This document shows, piece after piece, positions 18,706 through 25,737 of a DNA stretch of 63,238 nucleotides (position 1 is the stretch's first letter; every line of letters begins with the position of its first letter). Below the pieces are notes generated by a model. It searched no databases, was not told where the DNA came from, and saw nothing but the letters and a program-made list of their open reading frames with translations. The DNA lies in assembly GCA_001512835.1 (NCBI GenBank), contig LFRQ01000013.1, positions 1 through 63,238 of the forward strand, in the 5' to 3' direction. Made by a program: the position numbers and the translations under genes. Source of the stretch: Clostridia bacterium DTU022 (GTDB taxonomy: Bacteria; Bacillota; Dethiobacteria; DTU022).

Positions 18706-19941
18706 ATGAGCGACGTTTACGTTATCGGTGTCGGCATGACCAAGTTCGGCAAGTTCCTGGAGGGATCCGTAAAGGCCTTGGCCGCAGAGGCCGTCGGCGC
18801 CGTGTTAAAAGACGCCGGAGTGAAGAAGAATGATATCCAGGCGGCCTATGTTTCCAATTCCTTCTGGGGTATGTTCAGCGAGCAGCACTCCATCCGGGGC
18901 CAGGTGCTCCTGCACCCTTTGGGCTTCGAAGAAATCCCCATCATCAACACGGAAAATGCCTGTGCCGGCGCCTCCACGGCGCTGCACCTGGCCTGGACGG
19001 CGGTGAAAGCCGGGCTTTACGATTGCGTGCTGGCCCTGGGAGTAGAGAAGATCAGCCACCAGGATAAGATGCTCTCCTTTCGCTCCTACGCCACCTGCCT
19101 GGACGTGGAAGAGTTCCCCCAAAAAATAGGGCAGATGATGGAGGAACTGAGCAAGCTGGAGCTGGAAATCCCTGAGGAGTCCCAACCCGGCCAGGGGCGC
19201 AGCATCTTCATGGACCTGTATGCCATGGGGGCCCGCTGGCACATGGCCCGCTACGGCTCCACCCAGCGGCAGCTGGCGGCCATCGCCGCCAAGAACCACG
19301 AACACGGCTGCCTTAACCCGTACGCCCAGATCCGGATTAAAATGACTCTAGAAGAGGTGCTCAACGACCGCCCCGTGGCCTATCCCTTTACCAGGGCCAT
19401 GTGCTCTCCCGTGGGCGACGGCGCGGCGGCGGCCATCATCTGCTCCGCCGATTACCTAAAGCACTTGAAAGAGGCCCGGCCGGTAAGAATTGCCGCCTCG
19501 GTGTTGGGCACGGGCCGGGCCCGGGATCTGGACGGCGAGCATATCGGAAAAACGGTGGCCGCCAAGGCCTACCAGTCCGCTTCCGTGGGGCCGGAAGACA
19601 TCGACCTGGCGGAACTCCACGATGCCACCGCCTTCGGAGAACTGCTCCAGTCGGAAGTAATGGGTTTCTGCCCGGAAGGGGAGGGAGGGCTCCTGGCGGA
19701 ATCGGGAGCCACCCGGCTGGGAGGGCGGATCCCCATCAACACCTCCGGGGGCCTGGAGTGCCGCGGGCATCCCATCGGCGCCTCCGGCCTGGCCCAGGTC
19801 TACGAGGTGGTGACCCAACTGCGGGGCGAGGCGGGGGAACGGCAAGTGGAGGGGGCCCGCTGGGCCTTGACGGAAAACGGCGGCGGCTTCCTGGGAGTGG
19901 AAGAGGCGGTGGCGGCAGTGCATATATTTGCCCGGCAGTAG
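18706..19941 (+). CDS. SCP-x/PaaJ-type thiolase-like protein
   Basis: 411 aa. VIGVGMTKFGK, active-site Cys context NTENACAGAS, and C-terminal NTSGGLECRGHPIGASG. Confidence 0.85.
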   Translation: MSDVYVIGVGMTKFGKFLEGSVKALAAEAVGAVLKDAGVKKNDIQAAYVSNSFWGMFSEQHSIRGQVLLHPLGFEEIPIINTENACAGASTALHLAWTAVKAGLYDCVLALGVEKISHQDKMLSFRSYATCLDVEEFPQKIGQMMEELSKLELEIPEESQPGQGRSIFMDLYAMGARWHMARYGSTQRQLAAIAAKNHEHGCLNPYAQIRIKMTLEEVLNDRPVAYPFTRAMCSPVGDGAAAAIICSADYLKHLKEARPVRIAASVLGTGRARDLDGEHIGKTVAAKAYQSASVGPEDIDLAELHDATAFGELLQSEVMGFCPEGEGGLLAESGATRLGGRIPINTSGGLECRGHPIGASGLAQVYEVVTQLRGEAGERQVEGARWALTENGGGFLGVEEAVAAVHIFARQ

Positions 19942-19985
19942 TCAGAATATTCAATCTAGTTGACAAAGTTGACGTGCCAGGCACC
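19941..19985 (+). repeat. left arm of 45-bp inverted repeat
   Basis: GTCAGAATATTCAATCTAGTTGACAAAGTTGACGTGCCAGGCACC. The reverse complement of 20942-20986 matches at 43 of 45 positions. It begins on the last base of the thiolase stop codon. Confidence 0.9.
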
Positions 19986-19992
19986 AAAGAAA

Positions 19993-20024
19993 AGGGGGGC
20001 TCTGCGAAGAGCCCCTCTTTTTAT
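19993..20024 (+). terminator. rho-independent terminator
   Basis: GGGGCTCT-GCGA-AGAGCCCC hairpin (extendable by wobble pairs) followed by a T run. It lies just inside the left inverted-repeat arm. Confidence 0.75.
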
Positions 20025-20085
20025 ATTCTTCTGTTCCTGTACCCGGCAAAAAGTGTTATCATTATCGGTGGGGGAGGGATGGAAA

Positions 20086-20688
20086 ATGTGCGGACGCTTC
20101 CGCATTAACACGGAGCTGGGTTCCCTGAGCCGGCGCTTCCTGGTGGAGGAGTCAGAGATTGACTCATACAAGGGCGGAGAGGTGGCTCCCTCGGACCTGG
20201 CACCCGTGATCGTAAACCAGGAGGGGACCCGGAAGCTGGTCCTGATGCGCTGGGGATTTACCCATCCCGGGGGAAAAGGGCTGATTATTAACGCCCGGAG
20301 CGAAACCGTGGATATAAAGCCCATGTTCAGGAGGGCCTTTCAGAGCAAACGCTGCCTGATTCCCGCCAACGGATTTTTTGAATGGAAACAGGAGGGGCGG
20401 GCCAAAATTAAACATGAAATTATATTCAATGAAGGGCAGCTTTTTGCCATGGCCGGCCTCTATGACTTTTTTGTGGGGGAAGACGGCAGGCGTTATCCCG
20501 CCTTTACGATTATTACCACCCCGGCCAACAAACTGGTAGCCTCCCTGCACCACCGCATGCCGGCAATTCTTCTCCCCGACGGGGAGCAGATCTGGCTGGA
20601 GGGCGTAGCCGGGCAGGCAAGGCTGTTGAAGGACATCCTGCAGCCCTACCCCGATGGGGAAAAGACGATGGCGATCCTCCGCCGCTGA
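20086..20688 (+). CDS. SOS-response-associated peptidase (SRAP; YedK/HMCES family)
   Basis: Starts MCGRF (catalytic Cys2). Also MRWGF, INARSET and ANGFFEW motifs. GGGGGAGGG RBS. About 200 aa. Confidence 0.9.
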   Translation: MCGRFRINTELGSLSRRFLVEESEIDSYKGGEVAPSDLAPVIVNQEGTRKLVLMRWGFTHPGGKGLIINARSETVDIKPMFRRAFQSKRCLIPANGFFEWKQEGRAKIKHEIIFNEGQLFAMAGLYDFFVGEDGRRYPAFTIITTPANKLVASLHHRMPAILLPDGEQIWLEGVAGQARLLKDILQPYPDGEKTMAILRR

Positions 20689-20736
20689 CCCGCCCATGGA
20701 TCTTCTCGGCCTTATCCCGTTTAAGGAGGTGAAACC

Positions 20737-20931
20737 ATGCCCACCATTTTCTTCTACGGTCCCGAACTGGACCCGGATAAGAAGCGGACCCTGATTAGCG
20801 AATTTACCGCCGCGGCCAGCAAGGCCACCGGCCTCAGCCCCTCCGCCTTCGTGGTCTACCTGCGCACATCGACCCCCGAAGACGTGGGCGTCGGGGGAGA
20901 ACTGCTGGCAGACCGCCAGAAAAAACAGTAA
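20737..20931 (+). CDS. 4-oxalocrotonate tautomerase-family protein
   Basis: 64 aa. Met-Pro N-terminus (MPTIFFYGP) and a beta-alpha-beta size typical of the family. GGAGG RBS. Confidence 0.8.
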   Translation: MPTIFFYGPELDPDKKRTLISEFTAAASKATGLSPSAFVVYLRTSTPEDVGVGGELLADRQKKQ

Positions 20932-20941
20932 AGTAAATTTC

Positions 20942-20986
20942 GGTGCCTGGCACGTCAACTTTGTCAACTTTATTGAATATTCTGAC
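20942..20986 (-). repeat. right arm of 45-bp inverted repeat
   Basis: GGTGCCTGGCACGTCAACTTTGTCAACTTTATTGAATATTCTGAC. It starts 10 nt after the tautomerase stop. Confidence 0.9.
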
Positions 20987-21036
20987 ATATTGTACCCCGG
21001 CCGGGAAGGGAGGCCGGGGCTTGCTGTTTTAAAGAT

Positions 21037-21087
21037 TTGACATGCAGGGGCAGCCGTGCTAAGATAATAGTGCACTGTTATATAACA
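21037..21087 (+). promoter_or_regulatory. promoter and palindromic operator of the GntR/ABC operon
   Basis: TTGACA (21037-21042), 17 nt, TAAGAT (21060-21065). A perfect 12-bp palindrome TGTTATATAACA (21076-21087) follows, flanked by ACTGT...ACAGT. Confidence 0.6.
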
Positions 21088-21105
21088 TTAATACAGTTGC
21101 TGGGG

Positions 21106-21498
21106 GTGGAGGGGCTGCGCTTCTTTATTAATTCCCGTTCGGCGGTTCCCATTTACCACCAACTTGTAGAACAGATCAAAAACGCCGTGGCCAGCGGTAT
21201 GCTGGCTCCGGGGCAGCAGCTGCCCTCGGTGCGGGAGCTGGCCGGGGAGTTGGCCATTAATCCCAACACCGTCATCCGGGCGTACAGCATCCTGGAAAGC
21301 GAAGGCATCATTTACCGCCGCCAAGGCAGCGGGACTTTCGTGGCCAAAAATAGCGTGCCCTCCGGAGACTATTCCCGGCTGGAGGAAAAGATTCAGGATT
21401 TGCTGGTGGAGGCCTACCACCTGAAAGTCGGGGAAGAGGAATTGCGGAAGCTCTTTGAAGGAGCCCTGAACAAATGGAAAAAAAGCGAGGTGGAATAA
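21106..21498 (+). CDS. GntR-family (YtrA-like) transcriptional regulator
   Basis: Winged-helix motif PIYHQLVEQIKNAVASGMLAPGQQLPSVRELAGELAINPNTVIRAYSILESEGIIYRRQGSGTFV with a short C-terminus. The start is approximate (GTG 21106; ORF open from 21037). Confidence 0.8.
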   Translation: MEGLRFFINSRSAVPIYHQLVEQIKNAVASGMLAPGQQLPSVRELAGELAINPNTVIRAYSILESEGIIYRRQGSGTFVAKNSVPSGDYSRLEEKIQDLLVEAYHLKVGEEELRKLFEGALNKWKKSEVE

Positions 21499-22397
21499 CG
21501 TTGGAGTATGCCATCCAAACGGAAAGGCTGAGCAAAAGTTTCGGCGGACGCCGGGTTCTGCGCGATATCAACCTGCAGGTTCCCAAGGGTTCTATCTTCG
21601 GTTTTATCGGACCCAACGGAGCCGGGAAGACAACCACCATTCGCCTGCTGCTGGGCTTGATTAAGCCCGATGCCGGCAGCAGCAGCGTCCTGGGTTTGGA
21701 CTCCTTCCAGCAGAGCATTGAAATTCGAAAACGGGTGGGCTACCTGAGCGAGCATAACCAATTCTACCCCTGGATGCGGGTGGAGGAGTTGATCAAGTTC
21801 AACGCCGGCTTTTTCCCCACCTGGGATCACGGCCGGGCCGAACAACTGCTGCAGATGTTTGACCTTCATCCCGGGGCCCGGATCAAGGAGCTCTCCAAGG
21901 GGATGCGCACCCAGCTGGGTCTGGTCATCTCCCTCGCCCACAACCCGGAGCTGCTGATCCTTGACGAGCCCACCAGCGGGCTGGACCCGGTCTGGCGAAG
22001 GCAATTTCTGCAAATAATGGCCCGGGAGGCCGCCTCCAGGGAGACCACCGTATTTTTCTCTTCCCATATCCTCTCCGACGTGGAGCGGGTTGCCGACTGG
22101 CTGGCCATTATCGTGGAAGGCCGCATCAAGACGGTACGCCCCATGGACGACATTAAATACAACGAACGAAAGATCAGGGTTGTTTTTCAGGGAGAGGCGC
22201 CGGAATCGCTGCTGGGCACGGCGGGGATCAAGTCCATCGAACGCCAGGGCAGCGGCTACCTGATCACCGTGGAAGACAATTTCGATGAGATCTATAAAGC
22301 CCTGAAAAATACGCCCCATTTTGCCCTGGAGGTGGTGGAGCAGGACCTGGAAAGCATCTTTTTGGATTACGCCGGAAAGGAGGATATGGATGCCTAG
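21474..22397 (+). CDS. ABC transporter ATP-binding protein
   Basis: Walker A GPNGAGKTT, signature LSKGMRTQ, Walker B LLILDEPTSGLD. Overlaps the GntR stop. Confidence 0.9.
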   Translation: MEKKRGGITLEYAIQTERLSKSFGGRRVLRDINLQVPKGSIFGFIGPNGAGKTTTIRLLLGLIKPDAGSSSVLGLDSFQQSIEIRKRVGYLSEHNQFYPWMRVEELIKFNAGFFPTWDHGRAEQLLQMFDLHPGARIKELSKGMRTQLGLVISLAHNPELLILDEPTSGLDPVWRRQFLQIMAREAASRETTVFFSSHILSDVERVADWLAIIVEGRIKTVRPMDDIKYNERKIRVVFQGEAPESLLGTAGIKSIERQGSGYLITVEDNFDEIYKALKNTPHFALEVVEQDLESIFLDYAGKEDMDA

Positions 22398-23157
22398 CCT
22401 TAACTTGTTGCGGAAAGAGCTGCGGGAGCAGCGCTGGATATTCCTTTTTGCCCTCCTGTTGATCACGGCCATGGGGATTTTCAACGCTTGGAGCTACAAG
22501 TGGATGCCCCTCCTGGAGGATATGGCCGAAGGATTCCTGGGCTCCCAGTTCGGAGCGGAACTTTCCAGGATGCTGGCGGATTATAACTACTATCTCTGGA
22601 GCCAGTGGCAGCCGAAAAACTTGCTCCAGATGGGGACAATTCTGGCCCTTATTTTAGCCGCACCGGCCATCGCCGGAGAGGTCAACCGGAATACCATCGA
22701 ATTTTTAACCAGCCGCCCCATCGGCCGGAAAAAGATCCTGGCCACCAAGGCGGCCGCGGGCATCCTGGTGTTGACCCTGGTCATCTGGATTTCTACCCTG
22801 CTCACCCTGGCTACGGGTCATTTTCTGAAGCCGGAACTGCAATGGGGACGCCTGCTGGCCTCAACGGTCCTGGTTAACGTCGGCTTAATCGCCGTGTACG
22901 CCATCGGCATAGTCTTCTCCAACCTGGCCAACGACAGCATTAAAGCCGGCGCCCTGGCTGCCGGCGCTCTGTTTCTCTGGTCGGGATTCGGCCTGCACCA
23001 GTCCACCCGGGTTCTATCTCCTTTCTGGCATATGAAAGGGCTGTACTGGTTCCTGGAGGTGGAGCCCTTCCCGTGGCTCTCCCTGATTGGGCTGGCCTTG
23101 CTGGCTGCCCTGTCCCTGCTTCTGGCGGGATATCTTTTTGTGAAAAAGGAATTTTAA
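22390..23157 (+). CDS. ABC-2 type permease
   Basis: About 255 aa with six hydrophobic segments. ATG overlaps the ATPase stop (ATGCCTAG). Confidence 0.7.
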   Translation: MPSLNLLRKELREQRWIFLFALLLITAMGIFNAWSYKWMPLLEDMAEGFLGSQFGAELSRMLADYNYYLWSQWQPKNLLQMGTILALILAAPAIAGEVNRNTIEFLTSRPIGRKKILATKAAAGILVLTLVIWISTLLTLATGHFLKPELQWGRLLASTVLVNVGLIAVYAIGIVFSNLANDSIKAGALAAGALFLWSGFGLHQSTRVLSPFWHMKGLYWFLEVEPFPWLSLIGLALLAALSLLLAGYLFVKKEF

Positions 23158-23182
23158 ATCACTTGCAAAGGAGGAAGAAGAG

Positions 23183-23485
23183 ATGTTATTGGCCACTTCC
23201 GATCTGCGCACCGATTACCAGGTTCTGGGGATGGTTCAGGGGTCCAAGGTTAGAGCCGTTCACCTGGGCAAGGATATCGTAGCTAGCCTGCGCCGGCTGT
23301 TGGGGGGAGAGGTAAAAGAGTATGCCAGGATGATCGAAGAGGCCCGCCAAGCCGCCCTGCAGGAAATGATCAAAAGAGCCGAAGAACTGGGTGCCAACGC
23401 CGTTATCGGTGTCCGCTATGCCTCGTCTACCGTGGGCACCGGCATCGCCGAAATAATCGCCTACGGAACGGCAGTAAAGATTTAA
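23183..23485 (+). CDS. YbjQ/UPF0145-family protein
   Basis: 100 aa. Contains GANAVIGVRYASS and IIAYGTAVKI, typical of YbjQ. Confidence 0.8.
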   Translation: MLLATSDLRTDYQVLGMVQGSKVRAVHLGKDIVASLRRLLGGEVKEYARMIEEARQAALQEMIKRAEELGANAVIGVRYASSTVGTGIAEIIAYGTAVKI

Positions 23486-23522
23486 AATATTTAAGCTTAC
23501 TTAAATGCAGCAAAGAAAATTT

Positions 23523-23548
23523 AACCGCCCTGGAAAGGGCGGTTTTTT
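23523..23548 (+). terminator. rho-independent terminator (convergent genes)
   Basis: AACCGCCC-tggaaa-GGGCGGTT followed by TTTT. Confidence 0.75.
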
Positions 23549-24003
23549 CACTGTTCCAACTCATTTTGCAGCTGAATCGACTTAATGCAGTATTTAAATA
23601 CGCCTCCCGGGGCGTCCACCTCAATATGGTCGCCCATCTTGCGCAACAGCAGCGACTTGCCCATGGGGGAGAGGCAGGAGACGTCGCCCTCTCTTACGGT
23701 TCCATGCAGAGGGCTGGCAATACGGTAATTCAAGGTCTCCCCGGTGGCAAGATCCTCCAACTCCACCTCGCAGCCGATGGTCACAAAAGGGACCGCCCGG
23801 TCTTGTTTTTTGGATTTGCGGGCATTGGCCACAAGGCTTTCGATCAAATTGATATACTGTTCAATAAGTTCTTTAAATTCCTCCCGTTCTGGCGACGGAT
23901 CGGGAAAGTACTGGTCAACAATCTTATTTTTCCCCTCTTCCATTTCCACCAGGTGTTTAACCAGGGCTTCAAAAGTGGAATTGGACAAGGTAACCTTATC
24001 CAT
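23548..24003 (-). CDS. GreA/GreB C-terminal-domain family protein
   Basis: 151 aa. GGAGGG RBS. N-terminal helical part followed by a GreA-like C-domain (VTIGCEVELEDLATGETLNYRIASP...LSPMGKSLLLRKMGDHIEVDAPGG). Confidence 0.7.
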   Translation of the reverse strand: MDKVTLSNSTFEALVKHLVEMEEGKNKIVDQYFPDPSPEREEFKELIEQYINLIESLVANARKSKKQDRAVPFVTIGCEVELEDLATGETLNYRIASPLHGTVREGDVSCLSPMGKSLLLRKMGDHIEVDAPGGVFKYCIKSIQLQNELEQ

Positions 24004-24368
24004 GAATATCCCTCCAAGTAATTTCCATAAAAAAATATCCATTAAATGGGATAGCCCAAATAAAGCATAAGGGCGCTCCGCCATCCTTGCGGACGGTGCA
24101 CCCGTTTTATTAATGATATCATAACATACAATCATTGTCAATAGTGTATGATGTTTCCATTATATGCAAGCGGTAAGATTTTATGCCAAGACTGTGCTCC
24201 GCTGCTCTCGCCTAAAGGGCAAAAGGCAAAGGAAACGTCTTGGATCATTAAAGCGGGGGCTGCCCCCGGCACATCGCAGCGCCCATAAAGGCGCTGCCCA
24301 GGCATAATGGCTATACCTTTGAAGCCGTCTTTTTTGTATAATAATAGGGTGAGAAAGGGGGCTTCTCC

Positions 24369-25730
24369 TTGAACCCAGAGTATGAGCTGGCGCTCCGGGA
24401 AACCGGACGCATCGGCACCGGCAAAAAATACTTTATAAAAATTTTTGGCTGCCAGATGAACGAGAACGACTCGGAAATTCTGGCGGGAATCCTGGAAAGC
24501 CTGGATTACCAGCCCGCCGCCCGAATTGAAGAGGCGGATCTCATTGTTATAAACACCTGCGCCGTCAGGGCGAAGCCGGAACAGAAAGTAGCCGCTCTCC
24601 TGGGGAAGCTGCAGGATTTAAAGCGGGAAAAAAAAGACCTGCTTATAGCCGTAGGCGGCTGCATGACCCAGCAGGAGGAGGTCGCCAACTACCTGCAGCG
24701 GCGCTTCCACCACGTGGATCTCATTTTCGGCACCCACCAGCTGCACCGCTTTCCGGCGCTGCTGAAGCAGGCGGCAGAAAGCCGGAAAACGGTGGTCGAC
24801 CTGGGGGAGGAGGAGAACCGGGAAGGGCTGCCCATCCGGCGTGCCAGCAAGTTTAAGGCCTGGCTGCCGGTTATATACGGCTGCAATAATTTCTGCTCCT
24901 ACTGCGTCGTCCCCTTCGTACGGGGGAGGGAGCGGAGCCGACCCTTCCGAGAAATCATGGCGGAGGCCGAGCAACTGGCCCGGGAGGGCTTTCTGGAGAT
25001 TACCCTCCTGGGACAGAACGTAAACTCCTACGGTCACGATCTCCAGGAAGGCCGGGATTTTGCCGACCTCCTCAACCATATTGACCGGGTGGAGGGGCTG
25101 AAGCGGATCCGCTTTTTAACTTCCCATCCCAAGGATCTCTCCCCGCGCCTGATCCGGGCCGTGGCCGAAGGAGAGCATATCTGCGAACACTTTCACCTTC
25201 CCGTCCAGTCGGGGAGCAACCGGATCCTGGAGATGATGAACCGGCGCTACACCCGGGAGCGGTACCTGGAACTGGTGCAGGCCATCAGGGAGTCTATTCC
25301 CGGCGTCTCCATCACCACGGACATTATCGTGGGCTTCCCCGGAGAAACGGAAGCGGATTTTCTGCAAACCCTGGACCTGGTAGAACAGGCCCGTTTTGAC
25401 GCCGCCTTTACCTTTAATTATTCTCCCCGCCGGGGGACCAGAGCCGCTCTCCTGGAGGACGACGTTCCGCAGCAAGAAAAAAGCAGGAGGCTGGAGCGGC
25501 TGATGGAGCTGCAGAACCGGATCAGCAGGGAAACAAATGAAGCCCTGGTGGGGCAGGTGGTGGAGGTTTTGGTGGAAGGGGCAAGCAAGGCCAACCCGGA
25601 GATGTCCACGGGGCGCACGCGAAACAACAAGCTGGTCCATTTCCCCCGGGGCGGCGAGAAAGAAGGAGAGATGCTGTCCATTAAGATCACCCAGGGGCGC
25701 ACCTGGGATTTATTCGGAAAGCGAGCGTGA
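24369..25730 (+). CDS. miaB: tRNA-i6A37 methylthiotransferase
   Basis: UPF0004 N-domain (FGCQMNENDSE), radical-SAM CNNFCSYCVVP, and a C-terminal TRAM domain. Confidence 0.9.
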   Translation: MNPEYELALRETGRIGTGKKYFIKIFGCQMNENDSEILAGILESLDYQPAARIEEADLIVINTCAVRAKPEQKVAALLGKLQDLKREKKDLLIAVGGCMTQQEEVANYLQRRFHHVDLIFGTHQLHRFPALLKQAAESRKTVVDLGEEENREGLPIRRASKFKAWLPVIYGCNNFCSYCVVPFVRGRERSRPFREIMAEAEQLAREGFLEITLLGQNVNSYGHDLQEGRDFADLLNHIDRVEGLKRIRFLTSHPKDLSPRLIRAVAEGEHICEHFHLPVQSGSNRILEMMNRRYTRERYLELVQAIRESIPGVSITTDIIVGFPGETEADFLQTLDLVEQARFDAAFTFNYSPRRGTRAALLEDDVPQQEKSRRLERLMELQNRISRETNEALVGQVVEVLVEGASKANPEMSTGRTRNNKLVHFPRGGEKEGEMLSIKITQGRTWDLFGKRA

Positions 25731-25737
25731 TCGCGGG

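Noticed and set aside
19960-20085. N-terminal extension of the SRAP ORF (MTKLTCQAPKK...) running through the inverted-repeat arm and the terminator.
   Set aside because: SRAP proteins require Cys2 after the initiator Met. MCGRF at 20086 has a GGGGGAGGG RBS. The extension is simply the translation of the repeat, and the same peptide-like string appears wherever the repeat occurs.
25537-25737. Upstream extension of the PBP ORF overlapping the miaB 3' end.
   Set aside because: The extension is Trp/Arg-rich nonsense in an alternative frame of miaB. MKRLYF... at 25738 gives a proper lipoprotein signal peptide.
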